Positions 1 to 6,889 of a DNA stretch of 32,000 bases are shown here, piece after piece. The stretch is taken from NCBI GenBank assembly GCA_963692945.1, contig OY843585.1, positions 210,001-242,000 on the forward strand. Direction: 5' to 3'. A program made the position numbers and the translations under genes. A model generated the notes under the pieces. The model made no database searches and had not been told where the DNA came from. It saw only the letters and a program-made list of their open reading frames with translations. Origin of the DNA: Bdellovibrionales bacterium (lineage in GTDB: Bacteria > Bdellovibrionota > Bdellovibrionia > Bdellovibrionales > UBA1609). The number at the start of each line of letters is the position of its first letter. Within the stretch, counting starts at the first letter, position 1.

Positions 1-1428
1 TACACTCAAAATCTCTCGCGGATGTTCCAAAAGTTTTTGTTCTTCTTTTTTAGCAATAGGAACAGCCCAGTTGAAACTTTCAAGCAAAAGGGTTTTTAAA
101 CCAAAAGGAGTTAGGATTTCAATTTGATTTGAATCCACTTTAGAAACAAGAGCCTGAAAGACTTTCCCTTTGATAAAATCTTTTTTATCTTTTAAAGAAA
201 AGTTTTCTTCCTTGGCTTTTTTAATATCTTTGGAAAGCATTTCAAAAGAATCTTGAGAAAACTGACCTTGTTCCAAAAGCTCAAATTCAAAACCCGGAAT
301 GGTTAAATAAGATTGCAATTCTTTTTTTAAATTTTTCTCCATCTCTTTGATAAAGATTTGTTTTTCTTCTTCGGTAGAAATTTTCTTTTTCACACCACGA
401 AACCCTTGCCTCTTATCCAGTTCTTCCAGCCCTTTTTTCAAGGCCTTTTGTGCTGCTTTTTGTTTTTCTAAATCCAAAGAGGTGTAGATCTTTAATCCCG
501 ATTCCAAAAGTTGTTCTAACTCAAAATGAAGTAACAAAAGACGGCGAATGGTTTCTAAATAATGAGGACTTTGTGCATTAAAATCTTCTCGCACATAAAC
601 TTTAATGGGTTCGGCTAAAAACTTTTTAAACTCTTCTTCCGTGATGTATTTTTCTTCTCTCATGCGATTTAACACATAGATTTGACGATTTTTCGCTCTT
701 TCAGGATTAAAAATAGGAGAAAACCGACTAGGAGCTTTAGGTAGCCCTGCAAGCAAAGCCGCTTCACCAACATCAATGTCTTTGACGGATTTTCTAAAAT
801 AAATTTGAGAGGCCATTTCTATACCGTAAGCTCCATGGCCTAAATAAATTTGATTGAGGTAAATGTATAAAATATCTTGTTTGCTTAAAGCGTTTTCCAT
901 ACGAAGAGACAAAACAGCCTCTTTGAATTTTCTCGTGTAGGTTTTTTCAGAAGATAAAAGAAGAGTCCTTGCGACCTGTTGAGTGATGGTTGAGCCTCCT
1001 TGAACTTTTCGCCCCGCTTTTAAATTGGCTAAAAAAGCTCGCAAAATGGCTTTGTAGTTTAACCCCTTATGAAAGAAAAAACTTCCATCTTCCGCAGCCA
1101 CAAAAGCAAAGACCACAGCTTTAGGCATAGATTCATAATCAAACAAGAGTCGCCTTTCTTTAAAAAACTCCCCGATTTTTTGTTGGTTTCGGTCATACAC
1201 TTCCGTCAACAAGGGAGGCTTGTAATCTTCCATACTCAATAAGCGAGGAAGACTTAAAAAAATCCATGTGAAATAAATAAAAGCCAAAACAAAACAAACG
1301 AGGAAACTGAAAAACATTTTTTGTCTCAATTTTCCTGAAAGAAAAAAACGATAGCTCAGTTTGAAAAAAGCCTTATAAAATTTTAAAAAAACTTTCATGG
1401 CTTTTTTGAGAAAAAACTTTACAGACAT
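1..1428 (-). CDS. mrcA: Class A penicillin-binding protein (PBP1A-type), N-terminal part. The C-terminus lies beyond the window start.
   Basis: It is absent from the ORF track because it runs off the window. My reverse-strand translation is open from ATG at 1428-1426 down to position 1 (476 codons). It shows an N-terminal TM segment (FFSFLVCFVLAFIYFTWIF) followed by glycosyltransferase-51 motifs AAEDGSFFFHKG, GGSTITQQVAR, RKFKEA and YLNQIYLGHGAYG. An in-frame alternative ATG lies at 1398. Confidence 0.9.
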   Translation of the reverse strand, partial: MSVKFFLKKAMKVFLKFYKAFFKLSYRFFLSGKLRQKMFFSFLVCFVLAFIYFTWIFLSLPRLLSMEDYKPPLLTEVYDRNQQKIGEFFKERRLLFDYESMPKAVVFAFVAAEDGSFFFHKGLNYKAILRAFLANLKAGRKVQGGSTITQQVARTLLLSSEKTYTRKFKEAVLSLRMENALSKQDILYIYLNQIYLGHGAYGIEMASQIYFRKSVKDIDVGEAALLAGLPKAPSRFSPIFNPERAKNRQIYVLNRMREEKYITEEEFKKFLAEPIKVYVREDFNAQSPHYLETIRRLLLLHFELEQLLESGLKIYTSLDLEKQKAAQKALKKGLEELDKRQGFRGVKKKISTEEEKQIFIKEMEKNLKKELQSYLTIPGFEFELLEQGQFSQDSFEMLSKDIKKAKEENFSLKDKKDFIKGKVFQALVSKVDSNQIEILTPFGLKTLLLESFNWAVPIAKKEEQKLLEHPREILSV

Positions 1429-1654
1429 TTGAAATTCATAAAGATTCATAGTTTTGCCCCAATCAAATGATAAAATGTATCAAAAAGAGACAAAAAAGGG
1501 AAAGAAAAGGCTAAAAAAAGATTTTTATTTAAACTGTAGATTTCTCAAGGCAAAAGGCTAAAGAAAGGGATGAAAAAACTCTAAAGAAACAAAAAAGCCC
1601 GAAAAAACTCTTGAAAAAGCTTTAGTTTTCGCTGAAAAATCCGATAATAAGAGT

Positions 1655-3349
1655 ATGCCTATTAAATCTTTATTTCTAGTATTTCTCTTATCTCTTAGTC
1701 CTCTTGTAGTTCATGCAGCAGAAGAAACGAAAGAGGAGTGTGAAAAGAGGGTTTTTAACAAAATGACAGAAGATCAGAGATTTGAACTGAACATAGACTT
1801 CATACAAAAAACCGAAAATATTAGTTGCAGCGGAGATTTTGATGCTGCTGGAAATGGCATAACAATTGGCCCTCCTAATGCAAGCACAACTTATTGTTTT
1901 AACCCTGAAACGAACGAGCAATTTAACATAAACACTGAGCATGATTGCAATAAGACCAAAAGCAAATGCGAAACAGCAGAAACGACATATATAACATCCG
2001 ATAACAATCTTAGTGAAAAATGTGGTGCCTTTATAGGAGGAAGTCCTGACGGTTGTAGAGGTGTTATAAAAATTTGTGAAGACTGTCTTGAAGATGATGA
2101 TGACAATGAAAATTGTGTAAAAAAGCCTGGAACTGAAAAAAGTCTATGCCCTCAACTTAGAGGAGATCTCTTAAAACAAACTAAAGAAGATATGAAAGAG
2201 GCCAAGGAGAAAATAACCAATTTAAAAGAGAGCAATAGAGATTTAGAGGGAAAGATTGTAGAAAAACAAGGTAAAATTTCAGGAGAAACGGCTATATTTG
2301 AAGAAGAGGTATCCAAAATTAAAACAAGACAGATACAGGCAAGACAAGCTTTAGACGACGACTTAGAAGTAGCCAAAACAAAAATTGATAAGGATTTAGA
2401 AACATCCATAGCCGAAGTCAATAAAAACATCGCTCAGGCTTTAGAAGTTCGTCACAAGTTTGAAAATGCCATCAGTAAGGCCTATAGAGATCTTCGGCTT
2501 GATAAAAACAAACTCTATGCACAATGTCGCTCCCTTGCCACTCAGCAATTGGCCAATTACAGGAAAAGAAGACAGCAAGCCATTGCCAATGGATCTTTTA
2601 AAAAATCTAGCCTTAAAAGTTTGATGCAAAAAAACAGAGTTTCTTTTGCCCAAAAAGATGATGCTAGATTTAAGCATTATTACAATCTTTGTCTGTCCAG
2701 CAAGCGCACAGTTGTTAAAGAACTAGAAAAAAGACTTAAAGAAAGCTTAAAACAAATTGGACAAAAAAGAAAAGAATATCTTGCAATGATAGAAAGGCTA
2801 AAAAAAGACCTCAATCAAAAAACTCAGTCAGCCAGTATTAAAAAAGGTCAAGCCCTTAAAAATTTTTACAACAAGCTACATGGTGAAATGAAAAAGTTTC
2901 ATTCCGAAGAACAAGTTAGAACTAAAAAATACAGAGGAAAACATGCTCAACTTTCCAAAGAAATGCAACAGCTACAATACAATCTTCAAAAAGACATGGG
3001 AACACTTGAAGAAACCGAGAAGAAAAAATCATATCATTATCAGCTTGTAAATCAGCTTAAAGATAAAGGAGCTAAAGAAGATAAAGATTTTGGTACAGTC
3101 TTAGCTCTCGCTAAAATAGCAGATGGAAATCTGGACAATCTCTTAGAGACTTGTGAGTGCACAAAAGAAAAGTCTGAGGAGGATGTAAAAAATGATGCTA
3201 AATTTAATTCTACGTGTGTTAAGTATCTAGATAAGGATAATATAAATACAATCAGTGCAGACAACTTCATAAGAAGACTAAAAGGCGAAAAAAATTATTA
3301 TCTAAAACGTAGAAGAGATAGATCTCCTCACTCTAGTGGAAGCCAGTGA
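1655..3349 (+). CDS. Secreted hypothetical protein with a Cys-rich N-terminal domain and a long Lys/Glu-rich coiled-coil region
   Basis: 564 aa ORF. It has a signal-peptide-like N-terminus (MPIKSLFLVFLLSLSPLVVHA|AEE). About 16 Cys fall in residues ~25-170, followed by ~350 aa of heptad-like K/E/Q/L-rich sequence and a short Cys-containing C-terminus (ETCECTKEK..NSTCVKYL). I recognise no family. Confidence 0.6.
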   Translation: MPIKSLFLVFLLSLSPLVVHAAEETKEECEKRVFNKMTEDQRFELNIDFIQKTENISCSGDFDAAGNGITIGPPNASTTYCFNPETNEQFNINTEHDCNKTKSKCETAETTYITSDNNLSEKCGAFIGGSPDGCRGVIKICEDCLEDDDDNENCVKKPGTEKSLCPQLRGDLLKQTKEDMKEAKEKITNLKESNRDLEGKIVEKQGKISGETAIFEEEVSKIKTRQIQARQALDDDLEVAKTKIDKDLETSIAEVNKNIAQALEVRHKFENAISKAYRDLRLDKNKLYAQCRSLATQQLANYRKRRQQAIANGSFKKSSLKSLMQKNRVSFAQKDDARFKHYYNLCLSSKRTVVKELEKRLKESLKQIGQKRKEYLAMIERLKKDLNQKTQSASIKKGQALKNFYNKLHGEMKKFHSEEQVRTKKYRGKHAQLSKEMQQLQYNLQKDMGTLEETEKKKSYHYQLVNQLKDKGAKEDKDFGTVLALAKIADGNLDNLLETCECTKEKSEEDVKNDAKFNSTCVKYLDKDNINTISADNFIRRLKGEKNYYLKRRRDRSPHSSGSQ

Positions 3350-3392
3350 TCTATATCCATCATCTCATTTAAAAACTAATTTTTCTACTTTT

Positions 3393-3566
3393 CAAACAAA
3401 CTCAAAACAAACAACTAAACAAGCTAAACAACTCAACTCAAATCAACAAGCTAAAATCAATCAATCAACCAACTAAAACTCAACAAATTAAATAAACTCA
3501 ACAAGCTAAAATCAAACAAATAAAAAACAAGTCATTTAAAAAAAGAAAACCAGTAACAAAAAGATC
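3393..3566. repeat. A/C-rich low-complexity tract with an internal 18 nt exact repeat
   Basis: By hand count there are only 7 G and 25 T in 174 nt, so about 80% A+C on the + strand. TCAACAAGCTAAAATCAA occurs exactly at 3443-3460 and 3498-3515, with a related AACAAGCTAAACAAC at ~3418-3432. There is no long ORF. Confidence 0.7.
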
Positions 3567-3690
3567 AAAATGAACCCGATTTTTTCAGGTGGGTGAAAGC
3601 GATAGCAACTTTAGGCTTCCGGCTCAAGAGGCCAGCTTGCTCACCATTGCCAGAGACGATCCCCTTTATTAAACTTGTAGGGTTCATTTT
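3567..3690. ncRNA. Candidate structured small RNA of unknown class (GC-rich island closed by an 11 bp stem)
   Basis: 3567-3577 (AAAATGAACCC) pairs perfectly with 3680-3690 (GGGTTCATTTT). The inner helix pairs 3592-3600 with 3635-3645 (GGUGA/UCACC plus AAGC/GCUU, with a 2 nt bulge). The apical hairpin pairs 3619-3623 with 3631-3635 around a 7 nt loop. The core 3586-3664 is about 57% G+C by hand count, in a very AT-rich background. One pair (3620/3634) is G:U only on the minus strand, which weakly favours minus-strand transcription. U-runs follow the closing stem on both strands. Confidence 0.5.
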
Positions 3691-3757
3691 TAGTCTTCTT
3701 GCCCCAGTTTTCAAAAATCATTTTACCATAAAAAGAAATCAAAGTTCAAGACCAAGA

Positions 3758-3785
3758 TTGACAAAATAAAATAGCCATTTATAGT
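3758..3785 (+). promoter_or_regulatory. Sigma-70-like promoter upstream of xseA
   Basis: TTGACA (3758-3763), a 16 nt spacer, then TATAGT (3780-3785). The xseA ATG is at 3801, which implies a very short leader with no visible Shine-Dalgarno. Confidence 0.45.
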
Positions 3786-3800
3786 TGTTTCATAATCTTT

Positions 3801-5003
3801 ATGAAAACATCTCCTGAAAAACAAATCATACTTAAAGTTTCTCAAATCAACCAGTATATCCGTCAAACTTTAGAACAAAACTTCTCTTCCGTTTGGATTA
3901 AGGGGGAAATCTCTAATTTTGTGGCTCATGGTTCGGGACATTGGTATTTCAGCTTAAAAGAAGAGGGTGTTCAAATCAAAGCCGTTATGTTTCGTGGCAA
4001 CAATCAAAAAATATCCTTCTTTCCAGAAAATGGGTCAGAAGTTTTAGTGCATGGCCATATCAGTGTCTATACTCCTAGGGGAACTTATCAAGTTTTATGC
4101 GATGAAATGGAACTTTTAGGTTCAGGAGTTTTACAAAAAAACTTTGAGGAGCTCAAAAGAAAATTACAAAAAGAAGGACTCTTTGATGAATCTCGTAAAA
4201 AACAAATCCCCTCCTACCCTCGCCATATTGCTATCATTACATCAGAAACGGGTGCAGCCCTTAGAGATATTTTGCAAATTTTAAAGAGACGCTCTAGAGG
4301 ATTAAAAATAACTCTCATCCCCTCCCTTGTGCAAGGGCAAGAAGCCCCCGCTCGTTTACTGGTCGCTTTAAAACAAGCTGAAAAACTTCCAAACCTAGAC
4401 ACTTTAATTATTGGGCGAGGTGGTGGTTCTATGGAAGACCTTTCCGTCTTTAATGATGAAACTTTAGCAAGAGCTATCGCTCAATTTAAAACCCCCATTA
4501 TATCAGCTGTTGGTCATGAGATTGATTTTACAATCTGCGATTTTGTCTCTGACTTAAGAGCCCCTACCCCTTCCGCTGCGGCTGAATTGGTTGTTAAAAA
4601 TGTAGAAGATTTACTGGAGCAACTCGTCCATAAGAAAAAACAACTTCTCCAAAATATAAATTTACAAATCAAGTTCTTTAAAGAAAAGGTTAAAGGTTTA
4701 AAAAACCAACTCATCAGTCCAGAAAAATTGCTTCAAGATCGTTTTCAAAGAGTGGATGAATTGGGGACTCAACTTCATAAATCTATAAAACAAATTCTTC
4801 TTCAAGAAAAAAACAAACTCAAAAACCTAAGCCAACTGCTGGAATCTCTCAATCCTAAACAAGTTATGCAAAGAGGTTTTTGCATTGCCGTAGGAAAAGA
4901 TGATAAGGTGATTAAAAATTCAAACCAATTAAAAATCAAAGAAGAGATTTCTTTAGAGTTTTTTAAAGGGGGAGCAAAGGCTCTCGTAACCAATAAGGAG
5001 TAA
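3801..5003 (+). CDS. xseA: Exodeoxyribonuclease VII large subunit
   Basis: N-terminal OB-fold region (VWIKGEISNF..HGSGHWYFSLKEE..IKAVMFRG). Catalytic core motifs GRGGGSMEDLSVFNDE and SAVGHEIDFTICDFVSDLRAPTPSAAAEL. It is followed immediately by xseB. Confidence 0.95.
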   Translation: MKTSPEKQIILKVSQINQYIRQTLEQNFSSVWIKGEISNFVAHGSGHWYFSLKEEGVQIKAVMFRGNNQKISFFPENGSEVLVHGHISVYTPRGTYQVLCDEMELLGSGVLQKNFEELKRKLQKEGLFDESRKKQIPSYPRHIAIITSETGAALRDILQILKRRSRGLKITLIPSLVQGQEAPARLLVALKQAEKLPNLDTLIIGRGGGSMEDLSVFNDETLARAIAQFKTPIISAVGHEIDFTICDFVSDLRAPTPSAAAELVVKNVEDLLEQLVHKKKQLLQNINLQIKFFKEKVKGLKNQLISPEKLLQDRFQRVDELGTQLHKSIKQILLQEKNKLKNLSQLLESLNPKQVMQRGFCIAVGKDDKVIKNSNQLKIKEEISLEFFKGGAKALVTNKE

Positions 5004-5005
5004 AT

Positions 5006-5233
5006 ATGGAGTTTGAAAAAAACTTAAAAGATTTAGAAAAAATTGTAGAAAAAATGTCGGGAGAACAAATCAGCCTTACAGAAGCCATCAAATCTTTTCA
5101 AAAAGGAATGGAGATTGTGAAAAAATGCCAAACCCAACTCAGTCAAGCTGAGCAATCCGTAGAAAAACTTATTAAAGTCAATACAGACGGCACAGTGGAA
5201 ACAAAAACTTTTGAAGACGATGAAGAAAACTAG
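5006..5233 (+). CDS. xseB: Exodeoxyribonuclease VII small subunit
   Basis: 75 aa helical protein (FEKNLKDLEKIVEKM..LTEAIKSFQKGMEIVKKCQTQLSQAEQSVEKL) starting 3 nt after xseA. This is the classical xseB position upstream of ispA. Confidence 0.9.
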   Translation: MEFEKNLKDLEKIVEKMSGEQISLTEAIKSFQKGMEIVKKCQTQLSQAEQSVEKLIKVNTDGTVETKTFEDDEEN

Positions 5234-6077
5234 TTCCTCTAAAAAGGAAAGTTCTTTAAAAATCAATCCCGAATTTGAAAAATATTTTAAAAATCAGTTA
5301 ACAAAACTTTTTAAATCTTCTCCCTTAAAAAACTCCACTCAAAATCTTTTAAAACAATCTATGTTATACACTCTTTTGGCACCCTCTTCTCATTTTAGGG
5401 CTGTGTTATCTATAGAGACAACCAAGTGTTTAAAGCAAGAGGCTAAAAAAATCTTTCCTTGGGCTATGGCTATAGAGATGTTTCACTCGGGAAGTCTCAT
5501 CCTTGATGATTTACCCGCTATGGATAATGGGAAAAAAAGACGAACTAAAAAATGCAACCATCTCGTTTTTGGAGAAGACCTTTCCCTCCTTGCTGGTTCT
5601 TGTTTATTTATAGAAGCTTTTTCTCTACTCAACCAAGAGGTCTTTAAAAAAAAGCAATCTCAAATTCTAGAACTTTTTATTTCTAAAGTTGGGTTTCAAG
5701 GTGTAATGGGTGGGCAGGCTTTAGACCTTAGATTAAAAAAACCTACAAACTCAGAAATTTTAAAAATGATTCAACTCAAAACAGGCTCTTTGATTGAAGC
5801 CTCTGTAGCCGCTCCTCTTTTACTTTGGGCTAAAAATCAAAAAACAAAAACAGCTCTTACCAATTTTGCCAAGTCTTTGGGAATGGCTTATCAAATCTCG
5901 GATGATTTACAAGATAAAGACTTTCTTTTTAAAAAAGAAGAAGCCAAAAAGCAATTGAGAGATTTGACTAAAAAAAGTCTAAAATCTCTTGAACCTTTAA
6001 AAGAAAAGGCTGACTCACTAAAAAAATTATGTCTTTTAAATGAAGAAAGATCTTCAAAAAATTTAACAACGAAATGA
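5220..6077 (+). CDS. ispA: Short-chain (E)-polyprenyl diphosphate synthase (farnesyl/geranylgeranyl diphosphate synthase)
   Basis: First Asp-rich motif LILDDLPAMDNGKKRR and second Asp-rich motif YQISDDLQD. It has xseB-ispA synteny as in E. coli. The track ORF opens at TTG 5211; I prefer the ATG at 5220, which overlaps the xseB end. Confidence 0.85.
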   Translation: MKKTSSSKKESSLKINPEFEKYFKNQLTKLFKSSPLKNSTQNLLKQSMLYTLLAPSSHFRAVLSIETTKCLKQEAKKIFPWAMAIEMFHSGSLILDDLPAMDNGKKRRTKKCNHLVFGEDLSLLAGSCLFIEAFSLLNQEVFKKKQSQILELFISKVGFQGVMGGQALDLRLKKPTNSEILKMIQLKTGSLIEASVAAPLLLWAKNQKTKTALTNFAKSLGMAYQISDDLQDKDFLFKKEEAKKQLRDLTKKSLKSLEPLKEKADSLKKLCLLNEERSSKNLTTK

Positions 6078-6105
6078 AAAAAGATCTTCAAATATTTAAC
6101 GACGA
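6047..6105. repeat. Imperfect direct duplication at the ispA/pilin convergent junction
   Basis: AAGATCTTCAAAAAATTTAACAACGA (6047-6072, the last ispA codons) recurs as AAGATCTTCAAATATTTAACGACGA (6081-6105). The second copy overlaps the last codons of the minus-strand pilin gene. Confidence 0.6.
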
Positions 6106-6776
6106 GCCGTAGGTATCAAATGGGATGTTCTCTTAGCTTGGCAAAGTTTTCCAAATTCATTCAACGAGAAGTGGCTTTGATCTGTTATGGCAGGAGAGGA
6201 ATTTGTGGATCCATAAGAAGTGATTGCTGCTAAAGTGTATCTTTTGCAATTACACCATGCCTTAGAAGTGTTGGTCGCTAAAATTTGAGCCTTGCAAGAA
6301 GAATCCACTGTCAAATTAGAAAAAGGATTTGCTCCTAATGCATTCAAAGCCCCATCTAAACTACAATGAGGACTTCCTAAATGATTACAAATAGAAACAT
6401 TATCTGCCAAATTATGTGGGATGGAGCTTTTGCAATTATAAAAAAGAAACCCTCCCTCACAAAGAGACCCAAGTGGAGGCAAGTCATTGCAACAAGGCTC
6501 TACGGAAGAAACACTAGGGATTCCAACAGAAGCCATTATTTTTCCTTTAGGTCGGTAACCCATTTGATAAATGTATTGATGGTAAAAGCCATCGGCTCCA
6601 TAAGCTGTTTTCATAAATCCTGAGATCTGACCTAATTCTGATTTAGCCCAAGTTTCATAAGTGCTCTTTTTAATCTTACTGAAAGTGGTCGTAGCAATGG
6701 CTGTCAACAAAACAAGAACAACCACACCTACTAAAAGTTCAATAAGAGAATAGCCTTTTTTCAAAAATTCCACCAA
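6096..6776 (-). CDS. Type IV pilin / pseudopilin-like protein with a Cys-rich C-terminal domain
   Basis: Prepilin-type N-terminal methylation motif KKG|YSLIELLVGVVVLVLLTAIATTTF. The C-terminal ~140 aa contain 10 Cys. The track ORF begins at TTG 6776. A TTG at 6764 would give the classical short leader MKKG. Confidence 0.8.
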   Translation of the reverse strand: MVEFLKKGYSLIELLVGVVVLVLLTAIATTTFSKIKKSTYETWAKSELGQISGFMKTAYGADGFYHQYIYQMGYRPKGKIMASVGIPSVSSVEPCCNDLPPLGSLCEGGFLFYNCKSSIPHNLADNVSICNHLGSPHCSLDGALNALGANPFSNLTVDSSCKAQILATNTSKAWCNCKRYTLAAITSYGSTNSSPAITDQSHFSLNEFGKLCQAKRTSHLIPTARR

Positions 6777-6889
6777 AAACTTCTTTTTTTAAACCTTAAC
6801 ACAAAATTCTTTTTTTTAAATACCTTTCCCTATAAAAATCCTATTTCCTTTCTAGACGAGGAAAGGGATTATCCTATATAGTTTCAAAA

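Noticed and set aside
3619-3635. A tRNA-like anticodon arm on the minus strand: a 5 bp stem and 7 nt loop CUCUUGA with U33, anticodon CUU (Lys) and a purine at position 37.
   Set aside because: No acceptor stem can be formed, because the complement of the candidate 5' GGGGAUC is absent downstream. There is also no canonical T-loop (UUCGAAU-like), and the D-arm spacing is wrong. It is not a tRNA gene.
3578-3664. On the minus strand, resemblance to the TPP riboswitch (GGGG...UGAG...ACCCACCUGA) and to the tmRNA 5' end (GGGGAUCGUCUCUGG versus GGGGCUGAUUCUGG).
   Set aside because: The TPP element needs the CUGAGA motif and the downstream CUGG...CCAGCG helix, and both are missing. There is also no downstream gene on the minus strand to regulate. 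A tmRNA would need about 350 nt, a tag ORF and a 3' tRNA-like end (GGUUCGAAUCC...CCA), and none of these is present.
3567-3690. Assignment of the structured element as SRP (4.5S/ffs) RNA. The size fits, it is a long hairpin, and a GGAA sequence sits at 3617-3620 on the minus strand.
   Set aside because: The universally conserved helix-8 motif (GGUCC-GGAA-GGAAGCAGC, with its symmetric and asymmetric loops) is absent on both strands. The minus strand reads GAGCC-GGAA-GCCUAAAGUUGC. On the plus strand, the GAAA loop with a downstream AGCA cannot form the required closing stem. An Infernal run with RF00169 would settle it.
5006-6077. Absence of dxs after xseB-ispA as a possible operon anomaly.
   Set aside because: The xseB-ispA-dxs linkage is common but far from universal. 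Its absence alone is not informative without the full genome.
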